Source: Actinomycetales bacterium (GTDB taxonomy: Bacteria > Actinomycetota > Actinomycetes > Actinomycetales > BWSM-131). From it: DNA of 41,372 nt. This document shows positions 17,239 to 29,097 of the stretch, piece by piece (within the stretch, counting starts at the first letter, position 1; each line of letters begins with the position of its first letter). Made by a program: the position numbers and the translations under genes. The stretch spans positions 1 to 41,372 of the forward strand of contig JASBSH010000005.1 of assembly GCA_030149025.1 (NCBI GenBank), written 5' to 3'. Below the pieces are notes generated by a model. The model worked only from the letters and a program-made list of their open reading frames with translations, was not told the DNA's origin and ran no database searches.

Positions 17239-19997
17239 CCGAACCGGCCGAACGGCAACGCGGTCCGACCGACCTTCGGCTGGTGCCGGCGGCCGGAGCG
17301 GCGTGGGCCTCGGCGGGTTTCGGGACCCGGCTGGCGCCGGTGGCCGCGTTGTCGCTCGCCGGTGGCGTGCTGATCGTCGTCCTGGTGCTGTTGGCCCTTC
17401 GCGGTGGTCGCCGGGACGGACCTGAGCCCCGGCGGCGGACCCGCCCGTGGCTTCCGGCGCTCATCTCCTCCGGTGCCGTGGCCGTCCTCGTGCTGCTGTC
17501 GGTCGCCGCCCAGCTGGGCCTGCGGTCAGCCGGTCTGCTGCCGGACCTCATCGAGCGACGAGCGGCGGTGGTCGCCGATGTGGTGGTCCGGTCCGACCCG
17601 CGCGAGGTCCGTCAGGACGCGGACGAGCGCGCCCGCGACCAAGGTCCGCGGTTCACGGTGCTCGCCCGGGCCGATTACGTGACCGGCAGGGGACACAGCG
17701 GGGACGCGCGTGCCGCCGTCCTCGTGATCGGTGACGAGCGCTGGTCGAAGCTGCGTCCGGGGGAACGTGTACGCGTCCATGGCCGGCTCGTGCCGGCCGA
17801 CCCCGGTGATGACGTCACCGCGCTGCTGATGCCGTCACGGCCACCCGTGCTGTTGGCAGGCGCCGGGCCTGTCCAGCGCCGTGCCGAACAGCTCCGGGCC
17901 GGCCTCCGGGACGCGGCCGCCGGCTTGACGCCGGACTCCGCAGGGCTGCTGCCCGGGCTGGTGGTCGGCGACACGTCACGGCTGCCACCCGACCTGGAGG
18001 ACGCGATGCGCGTCACCGGGCTCACGCATCTCACCGCGGTTTCGGGAAGCAATGTCGCGATCGTCTCCGGCACGGTGCTTCTCGTCGCTGGAGCGTGCGG
18101 CGCCGGCCGTCGGCTGAGGGTGCTGCTGGCCTTCGCAGGGCTGCTGGGTTTCGTGGTCCTCGCGCGTCCGGACCCGAGCGTCCTGCGGGCGGGCGTGATG
18201 GGCGCCGTCGGTCTGGTGGGGCTGGTCCACGCCCGGCGCGGGCAGGGCATGCCGGCGCTGTGCACCGCCGTCATCGCGTTGACCATCGCCGATCCGTGGC
18301 TCGGCAGGGCGTTCGGCTTCGCGCTGTCGGTCCTGGCGACGTCGGGTCTGCTGCTGCTGGCGCGACCGTGGGCGGCCGCGCTGAACCGGCTGGTGCCGTT
18401 GCCCGTGGCTCACGCTGTGGCGGTTCCTGCTGCAGCACAAGCGGTCTCCGCACCGGTTGTCGTCCTGCTGGCGCCGCAGCTGTCGCTGTCGGCGGTGCCG
18501 GCGAACCTGCTGGTCGCCCCCGCCGTCGCTCCGGCCACGGTGCTCGGTGTCGTGGCGACGCTGGTGGCGCCGCTCTGGCCGGGGGCCGCGGCGGCGGTGG
18601 CGTGGGGTGCCGGCTGGTGCACCTGGTGGATCGCGGCCGTGGCGAGAACGGCTGCGGCGCTGCCCGGTTCGGCGGTCCCGTGGCCGGAAGGTGGCCGAGG
18701 TGCGCTGCTGCTCGCTGCTGCGACGCTGCTGGCGGTGCTCCTCGCGCCCGCGCTGATCGGTGGCCTCGCCCGACTGGACGCCCTTGCGCGGCGCGACCAG
18801 CGCACGGGGCGGCGGGTGGGTCGTCGTGTCGTGGCGGTGGCAGCGGTCGGCGCGCTGCTCGGCGTGCTTCTCCTATGGCCGCAGTCGCCGCTGGCGCAGA
18901 GGCTCTCCGGCGGCTGGCCACCGAAGGGGTGGCGCATGGTGGCGTGCGACGTCGGCCAGGGGGATGCCTTCGTGGTCGCCACCGGCCCGCGCTCCGCCGC
19001 GTTGTTCGACACCGGCCCTGACCCCGAGTCCGTGGACAGGTGCCTCGGGCGGCTCGGGATCCAGACGCTCGACCTGCTCGTCGTCACGCACTTCCACGCC
19101 GACCACGCCGGCGGGATCACCGGCGCGCTGCGGGGTAGGGCCGTCAAGAGGCTGCTGGTCAGCCCGCTGCCCGAGCCGGCGGCGTCGGCGAAGGCGGTCG
19201 AGAAGGCCGCGCGGGACGCCGGGGTGGCCGTCGAGGTCGCCACAGCGGGGCTGCAAGGCGAGAACGGGGACGTGCGGTGGCAGGTGCTGTCGCCGAAGGC
19301 GCCGCGATCCGGCGGCGTTGAGGAAGGTCGCGGCTCGCCGTCCGAGTCGGTGTCCCGGTCAGACGGCGAGAGCTCGGACACCAACAACGCCAGCCTCGTG
19401 CTCTTCCTCGAGGTCGCCGGTCTGCGGGTGCTCACGACCGGAGACGTCGAGCAGACTGCGCAGGCCGCCCTGCGACGAACCCTGGCTGCGGCGCCGGCCC
19501 TTCTGCCGGTCGACGTGCTCAAGGTCTCCCACCACGGCTCCGCGAACCAGGACCCCGGCCTGCACGAGGCGATCGCCCCGCGCGTGGCGCTGATCAGCGC
19601 CGGGAAGGACAACGACTACGGGCACCCGGCCCCGGTCACCCTCGACCTGCTCGACCGCGTCGGTGCGATGGGGCTGCGGACCGACCAGCTCGGGGACGTC
19701 GCCGTCGGCGGCGACGGTGCGTCGCTCTGGGTGGCCGGTCGGCAAGGGACGCCGGAAGTCGCCCCGGCGGCTGCGCCGTCCGCCTGCCTCGCCGAACCGA
19801 AGGCCGGTCCCGCCCGTTGTCGTCCCGGCGTGGCACCCTTCGCTCGTGGCAAATCCTCGATCGTCACCTCGATCGGCCCCTTCGACCTGGCGGAACGTCG
19901 AACCGGCACCCGTCGTGCTCGTCACGGGCACGGAGGGTCTGCTGGCCGATCGCGCTGTCCAACGTGTTCTCGACGCGCTGCGCGAGCAGTCCCCTGA
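17235..19997 (+). CDS. comEC: ComEC/Rec2 DNA internalisation channel with C-terminal metallo-beta-lactamase domain
   Basis: GTG overlaps the comEA stop (GTGA). Polytopic competence domain. VACDVGQGDAFVV and VVTHFHADHAGG MBL motifs. The last roughly 50 codons overlap holA and look like non-conserved Arg-rich read-on. Confidence 0.88.
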   Translation: MTEPAERQRGPTDLRLVPAAGAAWASAGFGTRLAPVAALSLAGGVLIVVLVLLALRGGRRDGPEPRRRTRPWLPALISSGAVAVLVLLSVAAQLGLRSAGLLPDLIERRAAVVADVVVRSDPREVRQDADERARDQGPRFTVLARADYVTGRGHSGDARAAVLVIGDERWSKLRPGERVRVHGRLVPADPGDDVTALLMPSRPPVLLAGAGPVQRRAEQLRAGLRDAAAGLTPDSAGLLPGLVVGDTSRLPPDLEDAMRVTGLTHLTAVSGSNVAIVSGTVLLVAGACGAGRRLRVLLAFAGLLGFVVLARPDPSVLRAGVMGAVGLVGLVHARRGQGMPALCTAVIALTIADPWLGRAFGFALSVLATSGLLLLARPWAAALNRLVPLPVAHAVAVPAAAQAVSAPVVVLLAPQLSLSAVPANLLVAPAVAPATVLGVVATLVAPLWPGAAAAVAWGAGWCTWWIAAVARTAAALPGSAVPWPEGGRGALLLAAATLLAVLLAPALIGGLARLDALARRDQRTGRRVGRRVVAVAAVGALLGVLLLWPQSPLAQRLSGGWPPKGWRMVACDVGQGDAFVVATGPRSAALFDTGPDPESVDRCLGRLGIQTLDLLVVTHFHADHAGGITGALRGRAVKRLLVSPLPEPAASAKAVEKAARDAGVAVEVATAGLQGENGDVRWQVLSPKAPRSGGVEEGRGSPSESVSRSDGESSDTNNASLVLFLEVAGLRVLTTGDVEQTAQAALRRTLAAAPALLPVDVLKVSHHGSANQDPGLHEAIAPRVALISAGKDNDYGHPAPVTLDLLDRVGAMGLRTDQLGDVAVGGDGASLWVAGRQGTPEVAPAAAPSACLAEPKAGPARCRPGVAPFARGKSSIVTSIGPFDLAERRTGTRRARHGHGGSAGRSRCPTCSRRAARAVP

Positions 19998-20856
19998 CCT
20001 CGAGGTGGTCGACATCGACGCCTCGGTCTATGAGGCCGGTCAGCTCGGTCCGCACACGAGCCCCTCCCTGTTCGGCGAACCGCGACTGGTCCGGGTCTCC
20101 GGCGTCGAGGCGTGCACCGACGCGTTCGTCACCGACGTGCTCGCCTACCTCGACGACGTCCAGGACGACGTCACCCTGGTCCTGCGCCACGCCGGCGGGC
20201 AGAAGGGCAAGAAGCTCCTCGACGGCGTGCGGAAGAGCAAGACGTCGGCGGTCGTGGACTGTGCACCGTTGAAGAAGGACACCGACAAGATCGATTTCCT
20301 GCACGGTGAGTTCAGGGCGGCCGACCGTCGCGCGACGCCCGGAGCGGTCCGGGCGCTGGTGGCAGCTGTGGGGTCCGACCTGCGCGAGCTGGCGTCGGCG
20401 GCGTCCCAGCTCATGTCGGACAGCTCCGGCGAGATCACCGAGCAGGACGTGGAGCGGTACTACGGCGGGCGGGTGGAGGCGACCGGCTTCAAGGTCGCGG
20501 ACGCCGTCGCGGCCGGTCGGGGCAAGGAGGCCCTGGCCCTGCTGCGCCAGGCGGTCGACACCGGCGTCGACCCCGTCCCGCTCGTCGCCGCTGTCGCGTT
20601 GAAGCTCAGGACGATGGCGAGGGTCGCCGGCACCCGGGGCCGCATCCCTGACATCGCTCGGGAGCTGGGCATGGCGCCGTGGCAGGTCGAACGCGCTCGC
20701 AAGGACCTCGTCGGCTGGACCCCGGACGGGATCAAGACCGGGCTCATTGCCCTGGCCGAGGCCGACGCCGCCGTCAAAGGTGGTGGCAGGGACCCGGTTT
20801 ACGCAGTGGAGAAGGCCGTGGTCGCGATCACGGCTGCCCGCGGCGGTGACCGGTGA
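19846..20856 (+). CDS. holA: DNA polymerase III delta subunit
   Basis: W-x-x-V-x-PAPVVLVTGTEGLLADRAV N-terminus, FGEPRLVRV, and a C-terminal domain typical of HolA. Start set at GTG 19846 (track ORF begins at 19663). Confidence 0.85.
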   Translation: MANPRSSPRSAPSTWRNVEPAPVVLVTGTEGLLADRAVQRVLDALREQSPDLEVVDIDASVYEAGQLGPHTSPSLFGEPRLVRVSGVEACTDAFVTDVLAYLDDVQDDVTLVLRHAGGQKGKKLLDGVRKSKTSAVVDCAPLKKDTDKIDFLHGEFRAADRRATPGAVRALVAAVGSDLRELASAASQLMSDSSGEITEQDVERYYGGRVEATGFKVADAVAAGRGKEALALLRQAVDTGVDPVPLVAAVALKLRTMARVAGTRGRIPDIARELGMAPWQVERARKDLVGWTPDGIKTGLIALAEADAAVKGGGRDPVYAVEKAVVAITAARGGDR

Positions 20857-20875
20857 GCACGTGCGATGAGGCAGC

Positions 20876-21973
20876 TTGACATTGGCCACCAGAACGAAGA
20901 AGGCCGTCGGTGGCCGCCGCGTGCGCACGACCTGGGCGGTGATGGCCGGCGTCACGGCGCTCGGTCTCGCCCTGGCGGCATGCAGTGGCGGCGGGCAGTC
21001 TCCGGGCCCGGAGGTGTCGCCGGCGCAGACGACGAGCGTGCCGTCGTCCCCCTTTGTCGGCCGCACCGAGCCGCTGACCGGCAGGCCGGTCACGGATGCC
21101 GCCGCACTGGACCACCCCGCCGTGGCCATCAAGATCTCCAACGTGCCGGAGTCCCAGCCAGAGGTCGGCGTCGACCGGGCGGACATCGTCTTCGTGGAGC
21201 CCGTCGGGGTGTCCTACACCCGGTTGGCGGCCGTGTTCCACTCCGACCTGCCGAAGCTCGTGGGTCCGGTGCGGTCCGTGCGACCCGTGGACGCGCCGCT
21301 GCTCGGTCCGCTGTCGCCTGTCTTCGGCAACACTATGGGCGCAGACTGGGTGCTGCGGTACGTCGACCGGCAAGCCGACGTCGACGACCTCGGGACCCTC
21401 AAGGTGCGGGGGACAGGGGCCTACGAGCTCGACCCGAGGCGGGTGGCGCCGAACCATGTGTTCGCCGTCCCCCGGGTTCTGCTCGAGCTCTCCGATCGCA
21501 GGCAGCCGCCGAAGCCGTACTTCCAGTACGCGTCCAGCGCGGCATCCAGCTCGGCGGCCAGCAGCGGCACCGCGGGCACGTCCGCGGTGGTCTCGTACGG
21601 GCCCAGGTACAACGTGACCTGGACCTATGACCCGGCGAAGCAGGAGTACCTGCGCGCGCAGCCGTGGGGCAAGCACACGATGGCCGACGGGACGCAGGTG
21701 CATGCCACGAACGTGCTGATCCTGCGGGTGGAGTCGAAGACGGAGAAGATCGGCTCCGGCGGGGGACAGGCGGTGCCGGCGCTCAGCCTGATCGACGCCA
21801 CCGGTGAGCTGATCGCGCTGTCGGGCGGCAAGGCGGTCAAGGGCACCTGGCAGAAGGGCGCCCCCAACGGGCCGTTCGTCCTCAAGGCGGCCGACGGGTC
21901 GCCTCTCGAGCTCGCGCCCGGCAACACCTGGGTGGAGCTGCCCACGCCGGCCGCGGCCGTGACCGTGCAGTAG
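20876..21973 (+). CDS. DUF3048-family lipoprotein (YerB-like)
   Basis: Lipobox LALAAC after a basic/hydrophobic signal peptide. HPAVAIKISNVPESQP...ADIVFVEPVG...RLAAVFHSD...VGPVRSVRP matches the DUF3048 pattern. TTG start. Confidence 0.85.
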   Translation: MTLATRTKKAVGGRRVRTTWAVMAGVTALGLALAACSGGGQSPGPEVSPAQTTSVPSSPFVGRTEPLTGRPVTDAAALDHPAVAIKISNVPESQPEVGVDRADIVFVEPVGVSYTRLAAVFHSDLPKLVGPVRSVRPVDAPLLGPLSPVFGNTMGADWVLRYVDRQADVDDLGTLKVRGTGAYELDPRRVAPNHVFAVPRVLLELSDRRQPPKPYFQYASSAASSSAASSGTAGTSAVVSYGPRYNVTWTYDPAKQEYLRAQPWGKHTMADGTQVHATNVLILRVESKTEKIGSGGGQAVPALSLIDATGELIALSGGKAVKGTWQKGAPNGPFVLKAADGSPLELAPGNTWVELPTPAAAVTVQ

Positions 21974-21980
21974 CGGCTAA

Positions 21981-23336
21981 CTAACCGGCGCCGGCCACCA
22001 GCATCGTGGCAGCGAAGACCACGCCGCTGACGAGCAGCGCGATCGTGGTGAAGCCGAGGATGTCCCGGATGCCGAGGCGGGCGATCGCGAGCACGGGCAG
22101 CGCCCAGAAGGGTTGGATCATGTTCGTCCACTGGTCCCCGTAGGCGATGCCCATGACGACGACGCCCGGTGCGACGCCCAGCTGCTGCGCTGCATCCAGG
22201 AAGATCGGACCCTGCACCGCGAACTGGCCACCGCCACTGGGGACGAACATGTTCAGCAGCCCACCGGACAGGAAGGCCCACAGCCCCAGCGTCTCCGGCG
22301 AGGCGAGGCGGACAAAGAAGTCGCTGAATACGCCGATCAGCCCCGTGGTCGTCATGATCCCCAGGATCCCCGCGTAGAGCGGGAACTGAAGCAGGATGTC
22401 CCCGACGTTGCGCGCCGCGTCGGCGACGAGGCGCCCTAGTTCGGCCGGTGACCCGACGAGCAGCAGAATCGCGGCCAGGAACGTCCAGTTCACGATGTCG
22501 AGGGTGAGGGCAAAGCCCTCCTCGCCGAAGTAGGCGATGAGATAGGCCGTCAGCGCCAGGCCGGTGACGAGCGTGATGAGCCGCGAAGAGTCGATCCAGT
22601 CCGCCGGGGACGTCCGGCGCTCGGCGGTGTGCTCGGCCGGTTCTGTGGGCTCCGCGGCCACGGCATCGTCCGGCAGCTCGATGACCGGGTCCTCCGCGCG
22701 TGGTCTCAGGGACGCCATCGCGGCGACGACCACGACGACGGTCACCACGATTGCCGCGAGGTTCCACGGGGCGAAGATCGTCTCCGAGACGGGGACCGTA
22801 CGGCCGATCTGCTTCTCGACGAAGCTGCCCGGCGTGGCGGCGGCGAGCGGTCCCGACCCCGAGTAGCCCATGTGCCAGACCACGTACCCGGCGTAGCCAC
22901 AGGCGACCAGTAGCGGGAAGTGGAGGCGCAACCCCCGCCTCTTGCCCTGTTCGGCCACCTCGCGGGCGAGGAGGGCTCCCACCACCAGCCCGAGACCCCA
23001 GGACAGCAGGGAACCGAGCGCGGCCACGAGCGTCACACCCGCGTAAGCCTGCACCGGCGTGCGCGGTAGTGAGCCGACGCGGACGAGCAGACGACGCACC
23101 GGGCGGGTGTTGGCGAGCGTGTACCCCAGAAGAAGGATCAACGCCATCTGCGTCATGAACGCGAGTAATCCGGTCAGGCCGTCGCCCCAACCGCGGAGGA
23201 CCGTCACCGGCCCGGCGTCCGTGAGGGCGAAGGCCAGGGCGGCGACGACGCCCGTCAGGACGACCGCGAACACCAGCGCACTAGGTAGCCAGCGTTCGAC
23301 ACCTGCTACGAGCGGTCGGGAAAGGGTGCGCAGCAT
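21981..23336 (-). CDS. short-chain fatty acid transporter (AtoE/TIGR00366 family)
   Basis: 451-aa polytopic protein. N-terminus LVAGVERWLPSALVFAVVLT and conserved blocks HMGYSGSGPL, SGGGQFAVQGP, IAYGDQWTNMIQPFWALP. Confidence 0.88.
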   Translation of the reverse strand: MLRTLSRPLVAGVERWLPSALVFAVVLTGVVAALAFALTDAGPVTVLRGWGDGLTGLLAFMTQMALILLLGYTLANTRPVRRLLVRVGSLPRTPVQAYAGVTLVAALGSLLSWGLGLVVGALLAREVAEQGKRRGLRLHFPLLVACGYAGYVVWHMGYSGSGPLAAATPGSFVEKQIGRTVPVSETIFAPWNLAAIVVTVVVVVAAMASLRPRAEDPVIELPDDAVAAEPTEPAEHTAERRTSPADWIDSSRLITLVTGLALTAYLIAYFGEEGFALTLDIVNWTFLAAILLLVGSPAELGRLVADAARNVGDILLQFPLYAGILGIMTTTGLIGVFSDFFVRLASPETLGLWAFLSGGLLNMFVPSGGGQFAVQGPIFLDAAQQLGVAPGVVVMGIAYGDQWTNMIQPFWALPVLAIARLGIRDILGFTTIALLVSGVVFAATMLVAGAG

Positions 23337-23440
23337 CGGGCCGTCTCCTCCGTGTCCGAATTGACCCCCGAATGATGGTAGTTGCCCGGTTCAGACGGAG
23401 GGAGGCGCGCCGGGACAGCGTCGGGGGCGTTGTGGAGTGA

Positions 23441-23484
23441 AGAACCGGACGGCGCCACCCACCTGGGTGACGCCGTCCGGTTCT
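23441..23484 (-). terminator. long hairpin downstream of rpsT (terminator candidate, no U-tract)
   Basis: 14-bp perfect stem AGAACCGGACGGCG/CGCCGTCCGGTTCT plus 4 inner pairs. A second 7-bp hairpin at 23506-23527 lies immediately after the rpsT stop. Confidence 0.45.
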
Positions 23485-23533
23485 GGTCTCGTTGCCTTCG
23501 CGCCGGCCTCCGCCATGAGACGGAGGCGACCGG

Positions 23534-23794
23534 TCAGAGGCTGTTGAGCACCTTGGCCATCGCCGACTTGCGGTTCGCGGCCTGGTTCTTGTGAATGGTG
23601 CCCTTGCTCACGGCCTTGTCGAGGCGGCGAGACGCTGCGCGGAGCGCGCTGGTCGCCTTCTCCCTGTCGCCCTCGACCGCAGCCTCGCGGAAGGAACGCA
23701 CGAGCGTCTTCAGTTCGGACTTCACGGCCTTGTTGCGGAGCCGGGCCTTCTCGTTGGTCTTGATCCGCTTGATCTGGGACTTGATGTTCGCCAC
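23534..23794 (-). CDS. rpsT: 30S ribosomal protein S20 (bS20)
   Basis: [30 protein letters not shown]... is canonical bS20 (86 aa). GTG at 23794. The track ORF extends spuriously to 23905. Confidence 0.95.
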   Translation of the reverse strand: MANIKSQIKRIKTNEKARLRNKAVKSELKTLVRSFREAAVEGDREKATSALRAASRRLDKAVSKGTIHKNQAANRKSAMAKVLNSL

Positions 23795-24022
23795 GGAGAT
23801 CTCTCTGTACGGTTCGGTCAGGTCGGTGAGGGCTTCGGTTCGGCTGCGACCGACGGTGGGGACGTCGGTAGCCGCTCGAACCGGAACGGTCGGGTGCGCC
23901 CGCACGACCCTGCGGACACGCGATCAGCAAAGATAGCAGCGGGGCCGGTTGTGCCGGAAATCGACGTCACATCCGGCCATCACATTCAGCCGTCACATCC
24001 AGTCGCGCATCCGTCTGAGCCC

Positions 24023-24062
24023 TGCGGCGACCGCGTCGACGGTGCGGCGACCTCGTCGACGG
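24023..24062 (+). repeat. tandem 20-bp direct duplication (1 mismatch) in the rpsT/lepA divergent spacer
   Basis: TGCGGCGACCGCGTCGACGG (24023-24042) followed by TGCGGCGACCTCGTCGACGG (24043-24062). Confidence 0.95.
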
Positions 24063-24147
24063 TGTCGCCGTCCGGCCGTCCGCCCCCTCGTCCCGGCCGT
24101 GGCGCATGGGACGATGAGAAGCCCCCGAGAAGTGAGGTCCAGACCAG

Positions 24148-26025
24148 GTGTCCCCGATCGCCCGCACGGCGCCGAAACCGGCTTCCACGCCACAGGAGCT
24201 GATCCGGAACTTCTGCATCATCGCCCACATCGACCACGGCAAGTCCACCCTGGCCGACCGGATGCTGCAGATCACCGGTGTGGTCGAGGACAGGCTGATG
24301 CGAGCCCAGTACCTGGACCGCATGGACATCGAGCGCGAGCGCGGCATCACGATCAAGAGCCAGGCCGTGCGGATGCCGTGGGCGGTCGACGGGTCCGACG
24401 GCCCGAAGTCCTACGCCCTGAACATGATCGACACTCCCGGGCACGTCGACTTCACGTACGAGGTGTCGCGGTCCCTCGCGGCGTGCGAGGGCGCCGTCCT
24501 GCTGGTGGACGCGGCACAGGGGATCGAGGCGCAGACCCTGGCCAACCTGTACCTGGCGATGGAGCACGACCTGACGATCATCCCGGTGCTCAACAAGATC
24601 GACCTTCCGGCGGCCCAGCCGGACAAGTTCGCCGCGGAGCTGGCGCACCTGATCGGCGGCGAGCCCGAGGACTGCCTGAGGGTCTCGGGGAAGACCGGTG
24701 AGGGCGTGGATGCCCTGCTCGACCGGATCGTGCAGCAGATCCCGCACCCGACGGGGAACGACGACGGGCCCGCCAGGGCGATGATCTTCGACTCCGTCTA
24801 CGACACCTATCGCGGCGTCGTGACGTACGTGCGGGTCGTCGACGGCAAGCTGCACCCGCGCGAGCGGATCGCGATGATGTCGACGAAGGCCACCCACGAG
24901 CTGCTCGAGATCGGTGTCAGCTCACCGGAGCCCGAGCCCACGCAGGGCCTCGGCGTCGGCGAGGTCGGCTACCTGATCACCGGGGTGAAGGACGTCCGGC
25001 AGTCCAAGGTCGGCGACACGGTGACGAACGCCGCTCGACCCGCGCGCACGCCGCTGGCCGGTTACGCCGACCCCAAGCCGATGGTCTTCTCCGGCCTGTA
25101 CCCGATCGACGGCTCGGACTACCCCGTGCTGCGCGACGCCCTGGACAAGCTGAAGCTCAACGACGCCGCGCTGGTGTACGAGCCCGAGACCTCGGCGGCG
25201 CTGGGCTTCGGGTTCCGGATCGGCTTCCTCGGCCTGCTGCACCTGGAGATCGTGCGCGAGCGCCTCGAGCGCGAGTTCGACCTCGACCTGATCTCCACGG
25301 CACCGTCCGTCGTCTACGAGGTGACGATGGAGGACGGGTCGGAGATCACGGTGACCAACCCGAGCGAGTTCCCGGGCGGGAAGGTCAAGGACGTCCGTGA
25401 GCCGATCGTGCGGGCGACCATCCTCACGCCGGCCGAGTTCATCGGCACCGTCATGGAGCTGTGCCAGCAGCGTCGTGGCTCGCTGCTGGGGATGGACTAC
25501 CTGTCCGAGGACCGCGTCGAGATGCGATACACGTTGCCCCTGGCCGAGATCGTGTTCGACTTCTTCGACAACCTGAAGTCCCGCACCCGGGGCTACGCCT
25601 CGCTGGACTACGAGCCGGCCGGTGAGCAGACCGCTGACCTGGTCAAGGTGGACATCCTGCTGCAGGGCGAGCAGGTCGACGCGTTCAGCGCGATCGTCCA
25701 CAAGGACAAGGCCTACAGCTACGGCACGATGATGGCCGGCAAGCTGCGCGAGCTCATCCCGCGCCAGCAGTTCGAGGTGCCCGTGCAGGCCGCCATCGGT
25801 TCTCGCGTGATCGCGCGCGAGACGATCCGCGCCATCCGCAAGGACGTCCTCGCCAAGTGCTACGGCGGTGACATCAGCCGCAAGCGCAAGCTGCTGGAGA
25901 AGCAGAAGGAGGGCAAGAAGCGGATGAAGATGGTCGGTCGGGTCGAGGTGCCCCAGGAGGCCTTCATCGCTGCGTTGTCCTCCGAGACCGACTCCAAGGA
26001 CTCCAAGGAGAAGTCCAAGAAGTAG
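24148..26025 (+). CDS. lepA: translation elongation factor 4 (LepA)
   Basis: [32 protein letters not shown] GTPase motifs. LepA-specific C-terminal domain ([26 protein letters not shown]). Confidence 0.97.
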   Translation: MSPIARTAPKPASTPQELIRNFCIIAHIDHGKSTLADRMLQITGVVEDRLMRAQYLDRMDIERERGITIKSQAVRMPWAVDGSDGPKSYALNMIDTPGHVDFTYEVSRSLAACEGAVLLVDAAQGIEAQTLANLYLAMEHDLTIIPVLNKIDLPAAQPDKFAAELAHLIGGEPEDCLRVSGKTGEGVDALLDRIVQQIPHPTGNDDGPARAMIFDSVYDTYRGVVTYVRVVDGKLHPRERIAMMSTKATHELLEIGVSSPEPEPTQGLGVGEVGYLITGVKDVRQSKVGDTVTNAARPARTPLAGYADPKPMVFSGLYPIDGSDYPVLRDALDKLKLNDAALVYEPETSAALGFGFRIGFLGLLHLEIVRERLEREFDLDLISTAPSVVYEVTMEDGSEITVTNPSEFPGGKVKDVREPIVRATILTPAEFIGTVMELCQQRRGSLLGMDYLSEDRVEMRYTLPLAEIVFDFFDNLKSRTRGYASLDYEPAGEQTADLVKVDILLQGEQVDAFSAIVHKDKAYSYGTMMAGKLRELIPRQQFEVPVQAAIGSRVIARETIRAIRKDVLAKCYGGDISRKRKLLEKQKEGKKRMKMVGRVEVPQEAFIAALSSETDSKDSKEKSKK

Positions 26026-26097
26026 ACACCACCGGCGACCGGCCGCCATCGTCCGCGCCATCGTCTGCGCGGAGGCCAACGCCCCGTCCGGCGTACT

Positions 26098-27150
26098 GTG
26101 CGCGTCGTGCGCGCCAGTCACTCACCAGTGCCGCCGTCATCGGCCCGGCCGACGGTGCTTGTCCTGCTGGCCGCCGTCGGCTTCGGCACGACCGGCACGG
26201 CCCAGGCGCTTGCACCGGACGCCGCCACGCCGGCCTCGGTGGGGGCGGTCCGGATCGTGGTCGGCGGCACGCTGCTCGCGCTCGTCGCGCTCCTCTCGAC
26301 GCGCCGCCTGCGGCGCACCGGGCCATGGACGACGCCACGAACGAGTGAGGGTTCCCTCACCCTGGTCCTCGTGTCGGTCGCCGGAGTCGTGGCGTACCAA
26401 CCCTTCTTCTTCGCCGGGGTGCGGTCGAGCGGTGTTGCCGTCGGCACGCTCGTAGCGTTGGGGTCGGCACCGGTCGCCACGGGACTGCTGCAGTGGGTGG
26501 TCCTGCGCAAGGTGCCCGGCGCGGCATGGTTCGCCGCCACCGGCGTCGCGGTGGCGGGCCTGCTGGCACTGTCGCTCGGCGACCCGCTGTTCGGTGGTGG
26601 GCTGCTGCGGCCGGTGGACCCGCTCGGGGTGCTGGCGTCCGTCGGGGCCGGTGCCTCGTACGCGGTCTACACGATCGGCAGCAAGGGTTTGCTGGACCGC
26701 GGCTGGTCCCCGGACCTCACGATGGGTGCGGCATTCGGCGGTGCGGCCGTCGTCATGGCCCTCGCCCTGCCGTGGTTGCCGCTGGGCTGGCTGGGGTCGG
26801 CGTCCGGGGTAGCGGCTGCCGTGTTCCTCGGTGTGGTCTCGACCGCGCTCGCATACGTCCTGTTCGCGCGGGGTCTCCGGGCGCTGCCGGCCTCGAACGT
26901 GGCGACTCTGACGCTCGCGGAGCCGCTGACCGCGGGCATCCTCGGCGTCCTGCTGCTGCGCGAGCCGCTCAGTCCCATCCAGGTGCTCGGCGCGCTCCTC
27001 GTCGCGGCCGGCCTCGTGATCCTGTCGCTGCCGAGGCCACGTGCTCATCGCCGGGGAGAAGGTGCTGCAGGAGCCGCCGATGCCGCCGAAAGCGTGAACC
27101 CGTCAGTCCCGGACATGCCGGAACCAGTGGAAAACGGTCACACCCCTTGA
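26098..27150 (+). CDS. EamA/DMT-superfamily transporter
   Basis: About ten hydrophobic helices in two similar halves. Typical EamA segments (GFGTTGTAQALAP..., ALAYVLFARGLRALPASNVATLTLAEPLTA). Start uncertain. Confidence 0.85.
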   Translation: MRVVRASHSPVPPSSARPTVLVLLAAVGFGTTGTAQALAPDAATPASVGAVRIVVGGTLLALVALLSTRRLRRTGPWTTPRTSEGSLTLVLVSVAGVVAYQPFFFAGVRSSGVAVGTLVALGSAPVATGLLQWVVLRKVPGAAWFAATGVAVAGLLALSLGDPLFGGGLLRPVDPLGVLASVGAGASYAVYTIGSKGLLDRGWSPDLTMGAAFGGAAVVMALALPWLPLGWLGSASGVAAAVFLGVVSTALAYVLFARGLRALPASNVATLTLAEPLTAGILGVLLLREPLSPIQVLGALLVAAGLVILSLPRPRAHRRGEGAAGAADAAESVNPSVPDMPEPVENGHTP

Positions 27151-27215
27151 CCCTCGCTTTAGGGTGACCGACAACACGTGGACGACGATGTCCTCGGCGT
27201 CGAAGGGAAACCGCC

Positions 27216-29087
<1,872 letters not shown>

Positions 29088-29097
29088 GAATGGGGAC

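Noticed and set aside
23795-23905. N-terminal 37-codon extension of rpsT
   Set aside because: bS20 proteins start at (M/V)ANIKS. The GTG at 23794 gives the standard 86-aa protein.
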